This document shows, one piece after another, positions 20,486 to 30,252 of a stretch of DNA of 64,000 nucleotides. The translations under genes and the position numbers were made by a program. A model generated the notes under the pieces. It had not been told where the DNA came from. It did not search any database and worked only from the letters and a program-made list of their open reading frames with translations. Location of the stretch: assembly GCF_039541115.1 (NCBI RefSeq), contig NZ_BAABFP010000002.1, positions 1,178,001 to 1,242,000 on the forward strand, given 5' to 3'. This DNA is from Angustibacter luteus (GTDB lineage Bacteria > Actinomycetota > Actinomycetes > Actinomycetales > Angustibacteraceae). How positions within the stretch are numbered: the stretch's first letter is position 1; each line of letters starts with the position of its first letter.

Positions 20486-21142
20486 GTGACCTCTACCGAG
20501 CTGAGCACGGCCGCGGACGTCGTCGACTGGCGCCGCCGGGTGCACGCGCTCTACCGCGCCGTCCGAGAGACCGCCGAACCGCGCCAGGCGCACGAGGCGT
20601 GGCGGCGAGGGCGCGACCAGCTGCTGGCCAGCCACCCGGCGTCCCCGCTGCTCGGTGAGCACCGGGCCGGCTTCAGCGGCCTCGCGGTGGCCGAGTACGA
20701 CGAGCGCTACCGCTTCGAGGTCGCCGTGACCGAGCCGGACCCCAGCCTGCCGTCCGCCTTCAAGGCCAGCACGGCCACGGACGGCGACGTGCCGTTCGCG
20801 CGGCTCGGCACCGTCGTCCTGCCCGCCCCGGAGGGCGAGGTGCGCCTCGACGTCTGGCGCCTGGCCAGCTACGGCGGGGGGATCTTCCTGCCGGTCAAGG
20901 ATGCCGCCCCGGACAGCTACGGCGGCGGGCGCTACGTGCTCGACACCATCAAGGGCTCAGACCTGGGCACGACCCGCGCGGACGACGGCACCGTCACCCT
21001 CGTGGTGGACCTGAACTTCGCGTACAACCCGTCGTGCGCCTACGACCCGGAGTGGGCCTGCCCGCTGCCCCAGCAAGGCAACCGGACCGCGGTGCCGCTC
21101 CCGGTCGGGGAGCAGCACCGCGGTGCGTGGGTGGACTACTGA
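20486..21142 (+). CDS. DUF1684 family protein
   Basis: DWRRRV, HPASP, SYGGGRY and DLNFAYNPSCAY..WACPLP. Confidence 0.9.
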   Translation: MTSTELSTAADVVDWRRRVHALYRAVRETAEPRQAHEAWRRGRDQLLASHPASPLLGEHRAGFSGLAVAEYDERYRFEVAVTEPDPSLPSAFKASTATDGDVPFARLGTVVLPAPEGEVRLDVWRLASYGGGIFLPVKDAAPDSYGGGRYVLDTIKGSDLGTTRADDGTVTLVVDLNFAYNPSCAYDPEWACPLPQQGNRTAVPLPVGEQHRGAWVDY

Positions 21143-21161
21143 GCGGTGAGTGGCTCAGCGG

Positions 21162-22160
21162 TCAGCCAGCGGCCAGCGAGCCGTCGGAGCTGAACACCAG
21201 GCCGATGGCGATGGCACCGGACTTCAGCGCGCTCTTGGTGAGCGGGCCGCCGGCATCCAGCGCCTTGAAGCTGCCGAACTGCAGGCCGTAGGTCTTCTCG
21301 AGACCGGGCTGGCAGAACGGGCGCTGCGGGCACTCCGGCGGGCCGCCGAGCACGAGGGCGCCGCACTTGGACCCGAGGTCGGACAGCGTCTTGACGCCGT
21401 TCTTGTCGGCGAAGGCCTTCGTGACGGCGAACGCGTTCTGGTCGGCCGCCTCGGCGGGCTTGCCGAACACCAGTCCGGACTTCAGGCCCAGCGCAGCCAG
21501 CGCCTTCACGGTGGCGTCGAGGTCGCTCGAGGCCTTGGCCTCGGCGTTCGCGCCGTTCTCCTTCTTGTTCAGGAACTCGGTGAGCGTGCCCACGTACTCC
21601 GGGACGACCGTCAGGTTCCCCTTCTGCAGCTCGGGCAGGTACACCTCGCGGTTGCCCACGGTGCGCACGGTCGCCTCGAAGCCGGCCGCGTTCAGCGCGG
21701 ACGCGTAGAGGTTGGCCACGATCTGGTTCTCGCTGAAGTTCGCCGCGCCGACGGTGACCTTGCCGCTGCCGCCGGACGACGGGGTCAGCAGGCCCTTGCT
21801 GTTCGCGTACTCCTTGGCCACCGACGCCGGCGACTTGCGGTCGACGTCAGCCTGCTTGTTGAGCCCCACCAGGTCGTCCGTGGTCAGGACGGCCGACACC
21901 TTGTCGAGCGCCGCGACCAGGGCCGGCGAGCCCTTGTCGCCGTTCACCGCCGGGATGAGGTTGTCGACCGTCTGCAGCTTCTTGTCGTCGTCCAGGACCA
22001 CGAGGTCCGTTCCGGCGACGGCCGCGCAAGCCTGCTTGGCGCCACCGCTGGCGCTGCCGGACGGCGCCGCCTCGGTGCCTGAGGAGCCGGCGTCGCCACA
22101 GCCGGACAAGGCGATGGTCGCGGCGAGGATCACGCCGCTGATGAGAATGGGCCTGCGCAT
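21162..22160 (-). CDS. Glycine betaine/osmoprotectant ABC substrate-binding lipoprotein (apparently circularly permuted)
   Basis: Lipobox LSGC. OpuAC/OsmX-type motifs VGAANFSE, PEYVGT, DQNAFAV and DAGGPLT. Confidence 0.9.
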   Translation of the reverse strand: MRRPILISGVILAATIALSGCGDAGSSGTEAAPSGSASGGAKQACAAVAGTDLVVLDDDKKLQTVDNLIPAVNGDKGSPALVAALDKVSAVLTTDDLVGLNKQADVDRKSPASVAKEYANSKGLLTPSSGGSGKVTVGAANFSENQIVANLYASALNAAGFEATVRTVGNREVYLPELQKGNLTVVPEYVGTLTEFLNKKENGANAEAKASSDLDATVKALAALGLKSGLVFGKPAEAADQNAFAVTKAFADKNGVKTLSDLGSKCGALVLGGPPECPQRPFCQPGLEKTYGLQFGSFKALDAGGPLTKSALKSGAIAIGLVFSSDGSLAAG

Positions 22161-22288
22161 GGGTTACTCCGCCTTCTGTGTCCCGTGCCCACGGCGGGCA
22201 CGCGTGTCCGGGGGGCCAGGACCGGCCCACGGGGGTGAGTCAAGCCTCCCCCACCGACAGCCGGGGCGCGAGCGCAGGAACATCACGT

Positions 22289-22978
22289 TCAGGATGCGGA
22301 CGAACGGCGGAAGGCCTCCGGGGTCACGGCCCGCTGGAGCAGGGCCAGCAACCCTTCCAGAACGAGACAAAGCAGGGCGATGAGGAGCCCGCCGGCCAGC
22401 ACCTGCTCGAACCGGCGTTGGCTGAAGCCCAGGTTGATCAGCACGCCCAGACCGCCGCCGGCGACCAGCGCCGCCAGGGAGGCCGTCGCGCACACCTGCA
22501 CGACCGCCGTCCGCAGCCCGGCCGCGATCAGCGGGACGGCCAGCGGCAGCTCGACCACCCGCAGCACCTGCATCCCGCTCATGCCCATCCCGCGCGCGGC
22601 GTCCTTGGCGTCCCGGTCCACCTCGGCGACCCCGATGTAGGCGTTCGCGAGCAGCGGGGGCACGGCGAAGACCGCGAGCGCCAGGATTGTCGGCCGGTTC
22701 CCGAAGCCGAGGTTCGCGACCGCGAACAGGGTCAGCAGGGCCAGGGTGGGCACGGCCCGGGAGAGGTTCGCGATCACCACGACGATGCCGCCACCGCGGG
22801 ACCGGTGCCCCATCCAGACGCCGAGCGGCAGGGACACGACCGCCGCGAGCAGCACCGCGGCGAAGGTGATCCACAGGTGCACGGCGGTCAGGTGCCACAC
22901 GCCGTCCGGGCCCTGCCAGTTCAGCGGGTCGTTGAACCAGCGGACCGTGTCCGTGACCACCCCGCCGTCGGCGTTCAC
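22289..22978 (-). CDS. Osmoprotectant ABC transporter permease
   Basis: RAVPTLALL, EAA loop DAARGMGMS..VELPLA and GGGLG. Confidence 0.92.
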   Translation of the reverse strand: MNADGGVVTDTVRWFNDPLNWQGPDGVWHLTAVHLWITFAAVLLAAVVSLPLGVWMGHRSRGGGIVVVIANLSRAVPTLALLTLFAVANLGFGNRPTILALAVFAVPPLLANAYIGVAEVDRDAKDAARGMGMSGMQVLRVVELPLAVPLIAAGLRTAVVQVCATASLAALVAGGGLGVLINLGFSQRRFEQVLAGGLLIALLCLVLEGLLALLQRAVTPEAFRRSSAS

Positions 22979-23697
22979 GACGCGCTCCGACGGGTCCAGG
23001 GGGTGAGCCAGCGGGTGATGAGCAGGAGCAGCAGGTCCAGGAACAGCGCGAGCGCCACGGTGAGCACGGTCGCCGTCATGATCTCGGCCCGGTAGAAGTT
23101 GTTCTGGAAGCCGGCGAGCAGGAGCTGGCCGAGGCCGCCGTACCCGACGATCACCCCGACCGTGACCAGCGCGACGGTCGACACGGTCGCCACCCGCACG
23201 CCGACCATGATCGTCGGCAGCGCGACGGGGACCTCGACCCGCCAGAGCATCTGCCGCGGTCCGTACCCCATGCCGCGGGCGGCGTCCCGGACCTCGTCGG
23301 GCACCGCGCGCAGCCCGACCAGCGTGTTGCGGACGAGCACGAGCAGCGCGTACAGCACCAGCCCGATCAGCACGGTCGTCTTGGAGGCGCCGGTGAACGG
23401 CGCGAGGATCGCGAACAGAGCCAGGGAGGGGATGGTGTAGATGACGCCGCTGATGCCCAGCACCGGTCCGGCCAGCCTCGGACGGCGGGCGGCGAGCACG
23501 GCGAGCGGGAACGCGACCAGGCAGGCGAGCAGCACGGCGACGACCGTCAGCAGGACGTGCTCTTGCAGAGCGGTCATGATGGCGGAAGTGTTCTCCCGAG
23601 CGAACTGCAGGGAGAACCACGGATTGGGCGGCTCGTCGGCCGCCGCGAGCGCGTGCACGACAGGGTGCGCGCCTGGCGAGGAGCCGAAGGAGAGCAC
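22975..23697 (-). CDS. Osmoprotectant ABC transporter permease
   Basis: YTIPSLALF, DAARGMGY..VEVPVALP and GGLG. The true start may lie slightly downstream. Confidence 0.9.
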   Translation of the reverse strand: MLSFGSSPGAHPVVHALAAADEPPNPWFSLQFARENTSAIMTALQEHVLLTVVAVLLACLVAFPLAVLAARRPRLAGPVLGISGVIYTIPSLALFAILAPFTGASKTTVLIGLVLYALLVLVRNTLVGLRAVPDEVRDAARGMGYGPRQMLWRVEVPVALPTIMVGVRVATVSTVALVTVGVIVGYGGLGQLLLAGFQNNFYRAEIMTATVLTVALALFLDLLLLLITRWLTPWTRRSAS

Positions 23698-23717
23698 GCG
23701 TGGACGGTACCCGAGGT

Positions 23718-24890
23718 GTGGCCATCCGGCTCGAGGGCGTGAGCAAGACGTACGCCGACGGGACCCAGGCCGTGCAGGAGCTGGACCTGGCCGTCGAGCC
23801 GGGTGAGCTGGTCGCGCTGGTCGGTCCGAGCGGCTGCGGCAAGTCGACGACGCTGCGCATGGTGAACCGGTTGATCGAGCCGACGGCGGGCCGGATCGTG
23901 GTGGGCGACACCGACGTGACCCGCACCGACCCGGTCGTCGCCCGGCGGGACATGGGGTACGTGATCCAGCAGGTCGGCCTGTTCCCGCACCAGACGGTGC
24001 GGGACAACATCGCGACCGTGCCGCGGCTGGTGGGCTGGAACAAGGCGCGGACCGCCGACCGGGTGACGGAGATGCTGGAGCTCGTCGGGCTCGACCCGGA
24101 CACCTACGCCGGGCGGTACCCGCACGAGCTGTCGGGCGGCCAGCGCCAGCGCGTCGGCGTCGCTCGCGCGCTGGCCGCGGACCCGCCGGTGCTGCTGATG
24201 GACGAGCCGTTCGGCGCCGTCGACCCGATCGCCCGCGACCGGCTCCAGGCGCAGTTCCGGTCCATCCAGGCCCAGCTCGGCAAGACGGTGCTGTTCGTGA
24301 CGCACGACATCGACGAGGCGGTGCGGCTGGCCGATCGGATCGCGGTGTTCAGCGTGGGCGGCCGGCTCGAGCAGTTCGCCGACCCGGCCACTGTGCTGGG
24401 GGCGCCGGCGACCGCGTTCGTCGCCGACTTCGTGGGCTCGGACCGCGGGCTGCGCCGCCTGGCGGTGACCCCCATCGAGCCGGACGACCTGGAGCACCCG
24501 CCCACCGTGAGCCCGCAGCAGCCGCTCGCGCAGGCGCGCGCCGTCATCGACCGGGCACCCGAGCCGTACGCCGTGGTCGTGGACGACGAGGGCCGGCTGC
24601 GCGGCTGGGTGGGCGTGCGCGAGTGCGTCGGCGACGGCACCGTGGCCGACCGGATGCGCCGGTTCGACGAGACGGTGGAGGTCGGCGACACGTTGCGCCG
24701 GGCGCTGGCCGAGATCGTCCAGCACGACGCCGGCTGGCTGCCGGTGCTGGACGGCGACGAGCGCTACCAGGGCGTGCTCACCCCGACGTCCGTCTACACC
24801 GCGTTGCGCCGGCACCTGCCGGAGGGCGCTGCCACCCCGGAGGCCACCCCGGAGGCCACCCAGGAAACCGCCGAGGACGTCACCGCCTAG
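23718..24890 (+). CDS. Osmoprotectant ABC ATP-binding protein with C-terminal CBS pair
   Basis: [35 protein letters not shown] and CBS-like VVDDEGRLRG / LPVLD. Confidence 0.93.
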   Translation: MAIRLEGVSKTYADGTQAVQELDLAVEPGELVALVGPSGCGKSTTLRMVNRLIEPTAGRIVVGDTDVTRTDPVVARRDMGYVIQQVGLFPHQTVRDNIATVPRLVGWNKARTADRVTEMLELVGLDPDTYAGRYPHELSGGQRQRVGVARALAADPPVLLMDEPFGAVDPIARDRLQAQFRSIQAQLGKTVLFVTHDIDEAVRLADRIAVFSVGGRLEQFADPATVLGAPATAFVADFVGSDRGLRRLAVTPIEPDDLEHPPTVSPQQPLAQARAVIDRAPEPYAVVVDDEGRLRGWVGVRECVGDGTVADRMRRFDETVEVGDTLRRALAEIVQHDAGWLPVLDGDERYQGVLTPTSVYTALRRHLPEGAATPEATPEATQETAEDVTA

Positions 24891-25939
24891 CGAGTGGTGC
24901 GGCGGGCGGCCTCGTCGGACTCGTCAGCCTCGTCGGCCTCGGCGGGGGCAGCGGGGGCGGTGCCGCGCACCTGCGGGCCGTGCCGCAGCAGGTCGCTGGC
25001 CAAGCCGGCGGTGAGCACGCCCAAGGCGAGCAGGGTCAGCGCCTGCTGCCACGCCGTCCAGCCGAGCGGCCGCATGGCCAGGTGCGCCAGCAGGCCGGCG
25101 ACCAGGCCCCGGCCGACCACCGCGATGGCTCCGACGAGCACCGTGTCGTCGCGCGGGCTCGTCGTCCGGGACAGCCGCCGCAGCAGCGCCACGACGGCCG
25201 CCAACCCGACGACGTACAGGCCGACCAGGGCCGGCGTGCGGTCCGGCACCGCGGCCATCAGCAGCCCGCCGCCGAGGACGCTGAGCGCCGCGCTCACCCG
25301 GCAGGTGACGACGCGGCCGTGCCGGACCAGGAACGTCCGCTTGCCGAGCAGCGCGTCGCCGCGAACGTCCCGGAAGTCCTTCAGGAGCAGCCGGCCGATC
25401 ACCGCTGCGTAGAGGCCGCCGAGCAGCACCAGGTCGGTGCGCCGGACGTCCCCGCCGCCCGCGAGCAGCCCCACCAGGTACGGGACGCCGACCACGTTCA
25501 GCGGCAGCAACAACGACGCGACGGCGCCCCGCTTCGACAGCCGCAGCGGCGGCAGCGAGTACGCGGCGCCCACCAGCAGCCCGACCAGCAGCACCGCGAG
25601 CACCCGCCAGCCCAGCGCGGCGGCAGCACCCAGCGCCAGGACGCCGCCCACGACGGCGACGACCACGAGGTCGGCCGGCGCGGAGCCGGAGGCGAGCGGA
25701 CGGCGGCGGTCACCGGGCAGGTTGATCCGGTCGACCTCGGCGTCGGCCAGGTCGTTGAGCACCACGGAGACGAGGAGGTAGCCGACGACGACCACGAGCG
25801 CACCGGCCACCAGCCAGAGTCGCTGCGCGTTGCCGTGCTGGGCCAGGCCGATGCAGGCGTAGCTGCCCAGCAGCAGGACCAGCGCGGGCCGGGCCATGAG
25901 GACGACGAGCCGCACCCGAGCGGCCACCCAGCCGCTCAC
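24887..25939 (-). CDS. UbiA family prenyltransferase
   Basis: NDLADAEVDRIN..RRPLASG, YSLPPLRL and KDFRDVRGDALLGKRT, with many TM helices. Confidence 0.88.
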   Translation of the reverse strand: MSGWVAARVRLVVLMARPALVLLLGSYACIGLAQHGNAQRLWLVAGALVVVVGYLLVSVVLNDLADAEVDRINLPGDRRRPLASGSAPADLVVVAVVGGVLALGAAAALGWRVLAVLLVGLLVGAAYSLPPLRLSKRGAVASLLLPLNVVGVPYLVGLLAGGGDVRRTDLVLLGGLYAAVIGRLLLKDFRDVRGDALLGKRTFLVRHGRVVTCRVSAALSVLGGGLLMAAVPDRTPALVGLYVVGLAAVVALLRRLSRTTSPRDDTVLVGAIAVVGRGLVAGLLAHLAMRPLGWTAWQQALTLLALGVLTAGLASDLLRHGPQVRGTAPAAPAEADEADESDEAARRTTR

Positions 25940-26103
25940 TTGTTGTCCGCCCAGCTGTTGATCGCGACCATGAACAGCACGGCGCCGGCGACCACGACCA
26001 GTCCGGTCACGCCCAGCACCACGGCCAGCACGAGGCCGGCGATCTGCCACCCGCTGCGTGGCCGACGACCCTGCGGCGGATCCGGCACGACGTTCTGCGA
26101 CAC
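25936..26103 (-). CDS. Small single-pass membrane protein (55 aa), absent from the ORF track
   Basis: VSQNVVPDPPQGRRPRSGWQIAGLVLAVVLGVTGLVVVAGAVLFMVAINSWADNK*. GAAGGG upstream. Stop overlaps the UbiA start (GTGA). Confidence 0.7.
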   Translation of the reverse strand: MSQNVVPDPPQGRRPRSGWQIAGLVLAVVLGVTGLVVVAGAVLFMVAINSWADNK

Positions 26104-26155
26104 CTCAAACCCTTCTGCTCACGATCCGCGCACCCTACCCGCGAAACCGCGCTGC

Positions 26156-26578
26156 CTAGCGATCTGCAGGTGACCCGCGCTCGTCGAGCAACCGGACCAG
26201 CCGCGGCCCGGACACCTCGCGGTAGCTCGCGTCGACCAGCTCGGCGACCTCCTGCCAGTCGACGTCGGCGGCGTCGAGGTCGAGCCCGAGCCAGCCGTAC
26301 GCGCCGTAGTAGGCGGGCAGGAAGAACCGCGGATCTTGTTCCAGCGCAGGGCGTTCGGACGCCGCGACCACGAACAGCACCGCGTGCGGCAGCTGCTGCA
26401 TCGGCTGGCCGGCGACGGGAGCCTTGATCATGCCCGAGTACCCCGCGAACATCACCCGGGCGCGGAACGTCGGCCGGCCGTGCGAGACCTTCTCGCTGGC
26501 CTCGGGGAACTGCAGGCAGAGCTCGCGCAGCCGGGCCAGCTGCGGGTCGCGCGCGTCGTAGCGGAGCGGATGGGCCAC
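26156..26578 (-). CDS. MmcQ/YjbR family DNA-binding protein
   Basis: LRELCLQFPEASEKVSHGRPTF, FFLPAYYGAYGWLGLDL and WQEVAELVDASYR. Confidence 0.88.
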   Translation of the reverse strand: MAHPLRYDARDPQLARLRELCLQFPEASEKVSHGRPTFRARVMFAGYSGMIKAPVAGQPMQQLPHAVLFVVAASERPALEQDPRFFLPAYYGAYGWLGLDLDAADVDWQEVAELVDASYREVSGPRLVRLLDERGSPADR

Positions 26579-26677
26579 CACCCGACCGTAGCGAGTCGAC
26601 GCATTGCCGCCGCGGTCACCGACGCGCATGCTGGGGCGGTGGCACCCGGACCGCGCAGAACGAGACCGTGACCGCCC

Positions 26678-27736
26678 ATGGGCTACGAGGTCCTGGACGT
26701 CGGTGGCGGACGTGAGCCCGACCGCGGCCCGCCCGGCGCTGGGCCCGGTGGAGCGCCCGCGGGCGAGCCCGACGTCCTCGACCTGACCAGCCCGCCCGAG
26801 CGGCCCGAGCCGGGAGCACCGACGACGAGTCGGCTGCGGCAACCGCGCCGGACCGCGCTGCTGGCGGCCGTCGCCGTGTCCGTCGGCGCCGCCGGCGCGG
26901 CCTACTGGTCCGCGCACCGCCCCGACGACTCGCAGACCGCGGCGACGGGCGGCACCCGCGTCCTCGCCGTGGCGCAGCCCGCCGAGCTGGCGATGGTCGG
27001 GCCGACGATGGCGGCCAGCCTGCGGATCAGCGTGGTCAACACCGGCCAGGTGCCCGTGGACGTCGTGGTCTCGCCCGCGCAGATCCGGCCGGTGCAGGGC
27101 GCGACGCTGATCGGGCTGGCCAATGGCGGGTCACCACGGATCGCGCCGGGCGAGGCGCGCCAGGTCGTCGCCCTGGTGGGGATCTCCTGCGTGCGCTCGA
27201 CGGCCGTGACACCGCGGCTGTCCATCAAGGGCCCGGACGGCCGGACGCAGCCCGTGACGGTGCGCGACATCAACCTGGACACCTACCGGGTCAACGCTCG
27301 CGCCGTCTGCGGCAACCCCGACGAGGCGGACCTCACCGCGAGGGTTGCCGGCACGGTCCGCACGCCGATGCTAGTGGTGCGCAACGGGTCCCACCACGAC
27401 GTCGCCATCACGGTGTCCACCGACTCCCCCGTCCAGCCCGCACTCGACGTCCGCGGGAAGGTGCAGCAGTCCACCCGGGTCGGCGCGGTGGGGCCGCCGG
27501 TCACCCTGACCACCGTGCCGGGACTACCGGTCGTGCTGCCAGCGCAGACGGACATCACGCTGGTGGTGCAGCTGCGGCTGCGCGGCTGCCAGCCGCTGGC
27601 CACCCTGCAGCACCAGGGGTACCTGCTGCTGCTGGGCGTGCCCATTGCCGTCCAGCACACCGTGCCGGAGACGTCGTCCGCCGCGGTCGACCTGACCGCG
27701 CTGCTGGGCTCCGAGCAGGCTCGCGCCTGCGGCTGA
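26678..27736 (+). CDS. Hypothetical membrane-anchored protein
   Basis: Long GC3-biased ORF with one TM segment followed by beta-rich Cys-containing domains. Confidence 0.65.
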   Translation: MGYEVLDVGGGREPDRGPPGAGPGGAPAGEPDVLDLTSPPERPEPGAPTTSRLRQPRRTALLAAVAVSVGAAGAAYWSAHRPDDSQTAATGGTRVLAVAQPAELAMVGPTMAASLRISVVNTGQVPVDVVVSPAQIRPVQGATLIGLANGGSPRIAPGEARQVVALVGISCVRSTAVTPRLSIKGPDGRTQPVTVRDINLDTYRVNARAVCGNPDEADLTARVAGTVRTPMLVVRNGSHHDVAITVSTDSPVQPALDVRGKVQQSTRVGAVGPPVTLTTVPGLPVVLPAQTDITLVVQLRLRGCQPLATLQHQGYLLLLGVPIAVQHTVPETSSAAVDLTALLGSEQARACG

Positions 27737-27760
27737 GCACCCGCCTCGGTGAGATGACGG

Positions 27761-27796
27761 AGATGGGGCACTCCGGCGAACAGGAGTGCCCCATCT
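27761..27796. terminator. Hairpin between convergent genes (likely bidirectional terminator)
   Basis: AGATGGGGCACTCC / GGAGTGCCCCATCT perfect 14-bp stem. Confidence 0.65.
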
Positions 27797-27827
27797 GTGA
27801 CGTCTTAGCGCTGGATGCGCGCGGCGA

Positions 27828-30065
27828 TCAGTGCTGCTGCGCGGGCAACCGCCGCTCGAGCGCCGCGGGCATCCACCAGTTGCGCCGTCCGAGCAGCGTC
27901 ATCGCCGAGGGCAGCAGCACGGCCCGCACGACGGTCGCGTCGATCAGCACCGCCACCGCCAGGCCGACGCCGAGCTGCTTGAACTCCAGCAGCGACAGCG
28001 TCCCGAAGATGCTGAACACCCCGACCATGACGGCCGCCGCACTGGTCACGACCCCGGCGGACGACGTCACCCCGCGGGCCACCGCCACCTTGGTCGGCAG
28101 GCCGGAGTCGTGCGCCTCGCGGATCCGGCTGACGACGAACACGTGGTAGTCCATGGACAGGCCGAACAGCACCACGAACAGGAACAGCGGCAACCAGTCG
28201 ATCACCACGCCACCGGACTGGAAGCCCAGCAGCTGGTGGCCGAGCCCGTGCTGGAAGACCAGCACCAGGACCCCGTAGGCCGCACCGACGGACAGCAGGT
28301 TCAGCACCACCGCGGTGGCCGCCACGACGACCGAGCGGAACGCGAACACCAGCACCACGAAGGTCAGGCCGAGGACGAACGCCATGACCCACGGCAGGTG
28401 AGCGCGCATCGACGAGGCGAAGTCCGCCGAGCCCGCGGTCGGACCGGTCACCAGGACCTGCGTGCCCGGGACCGACACGGCCGCCGCGAACGGCGGAACC
28501 AGCGTGTCCCGCAACGTGGTGAGGGACGCCTGCGCCGGCTTCCCGCTGAAGTCCCCGGTCATCGGGACGTCGATCGTCGCCGTCCGGCCGTCCGGTGCCA
28601 GCACGGGGTGGACGTCGTCCAGCCCGGTGAACTGCCCGGTGGCCCGGGCGTCGGCGACCAGGCCGGCCACCCCGGCGTCCAGCGCCTTGGCGTCCAGCGG
28701 CTGGTCGGAGTGCACGACCACGGTGTGCGCGAAGCCGGTCTGCGGGAAGGCCGCCGTCATCGCGTCGTACGTCTTCATGATCGGGATGGAGCGGGGCAGC
28801 GAGTCCGCGCCGGCCTCGCCGGTGCGCATGCCCAGCGCGGGCAGGGCGAGCGCCACCATGGCCGCGCCGGCCAGCACCAGCGAGATGGCCGGGCGGTGCA
28901 GCACGACCCGCATCACGGCGGGCCAGAAGCGGCCCTCGCCGTCGGGGCGGCGCAGCCGGTGCACGAGCGGGATCCGCGGCCGGTCGACCTTGTCGCCGAA
29001 CGCGGCGAGCATGGCCGGCAACGCGGTCAGCGAGCCGAGCACGGCCACCGCGACGACCAGCATCGTGCCGACGGCCATCGAGACGAACGTGGCGTCGCCG
29101 GACAGCAGCAGCCCCGACATCGCGATGAACACGGCCAGCCCGGAGACCACGACGGCGCGGCCGCTGGTCTGCGCGGCGATCTCGATGGCGTCCCGACGAC
29201 CGGCACCCTTCGCGCGCTCCTCACGAGCTCGGCGCACGTAGAACAGCGAGTAGTCGACCCCCACGGCCATGCCGATCAGCAGGATCACGCTGTTCAGCGA
29301 GTCCATCACCGGCACCACGTGCGAGACCAGGGCGCTCAGGCCGATCCCCGCCATCACGGCCGACAGCGCCAGGATCACCGGCACCCCTGCGGCGATGAGG
29401 GCGCCGAAGGTCAGGATGAGGATGCCCAGGGTGATCGGCAGGCTGAGCTTCTCGGCGCGCGAGAAGTCCTTGGACACCTGGCCGCCGATCGCCTTGTCGA
29501 GCGAGGCGTCACCGACCTGGTCGACGCGCAGGTCCGGGTGCGCCCCGGCCACGCCGGCGGTCACCGCCTGCACCGCGGGCACCTGGTCGGCGGCGACGTC
29601 GTACGCCGCGTTGCCGGTCTTGCCGTTCACGTTCAGCACCACCGGCAGCAGCGCGGAACGGCCGTCCGCCGAGCGCACCAGGTCGCCGACCTGGGACACC
29701 TGCGGCATCCCGGTGAGCTTGCTGCGCAGCTCGGTGCCGACCGCGGTCGCGGTCGCGGCGTCCAGGCTCCCACTGCGCGCCTGGACGAGGATCCGCTCGG
29801 TCGGGGTGGCCGGGTAGCCGGCCTGCTCGACGATCTTGTCGGCCTTGCCGGACTCCCCCGTGCCGGTCTCGGCGCCTTCCAGCAGGCGGGTGCCGGCCAG
29901 CTGGCCGCCGACGAACACGACGGCGACGAACAGGAACCAGCCGATCAGGGCCTTGGCCTTGTGCCGGGTGCTCCACCGAGCGAGGGTCAGGACCACGCCG
30001 GCGGACGCCGGTCGCGGGGTGGGGTCGGACGGTTGGGTCTCTGCGGGTGCTGCGGTGAGCGTCAT
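27828..30065 (-). CDS. MMPL family (RND) transporter
   Basis: GMAVGVDYSLFYVRRAREE, LFGLSMDYHVF and IDATVVRAVLLP, in two TM repeats. Confidence 0.94.
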   Translation of the reverse strand: MTLTAAPAETQPSDPTPRPASAGVVLTLARWSTRHKAKALIGWFLFVAVVFVGGQLAGTRLLEGAETGTGESGKADKIVEQAGYPATPTERILVQARSGSLDAATATAVGTELRSKLTGMPQVSQVGDLVRSADGRSALLPVVLNVNGKTGNAAYDVAADQVPAVQAVTAGVAGAHPDLRVDQVGDASLDKAIGGQVSKDFSRAEKLSLPITLGILILTFGALIAAGVPVILALSAVMAGIGLSALVSHVVPVMDSLNSVILLIGMAVGVDYSLFYVRRAREERAKGAGRRDAIEIAAQTSGRAVVVSGLAVFIAMSGLLLSGDATFVSMAVGTMLVVAVAVLGSLTALPAMLAAFGDKVDRPRIPLVHRLRRPDGEGRFWPAVMRVVLHRPAISLVLAGAAMVALALPALGMRTGEAGADSLPRSIPIMKTYDAMTAAFPQTGFAHTVVVHSDQPLDAKALDAGVAGLVADARATGQFTGLDDVHPVLAPDGRTATIDVPMTGDFSGKPAQASLTTLRDTLVPPFAAAVSVPGTQVLVTGPTAGSADFASSMRAHLPWVMAFVLGLTFVVLVFAFRSVVVAATAVVLNLLSVGAAYGVLVLVFQHGLGHQLLGFQSGGVVIDWLPLFLFVVLFGLSMDYHVFVVSRIREAHDSGLPTKVAVARGVTSSAGVVTSAAAVMVGVFSIFGTLSLLEFKQLGVGLAVAVLIDATVVRAVLLPSAMTLLGRRNWWMPAALERRLPAQQH

Positions 30066-30173
30066 CGTGGTTCCCCTAGCTCGCGCCTCGATTGCTCAGC
30101 GGCGCAGTCGTTTTCGGACACCACCACCGTGGCCGCCGCGACCCCTGCGCGTCTGTCCGGGAAGCGCCCCAAT

Positions 30174-30192
30174 GGGGGTAGGGGTAACCCCC
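30174..30192. promoter_or_regulatory. Putative response-regulator site between MMPL and the two-component operon
   Basis: GGGGTA-GGGGTAACCCC: a direct repeat combined with a palindrome in the divergent intergenic region. Confidence 0.4.
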
Positions 30193-30252
30193 GGTTCGAT
30201 GTGGCGGCCAGCGTCATGGCGGCTCAGGGTCGCGGCTCCCTACGGTGGGTCC

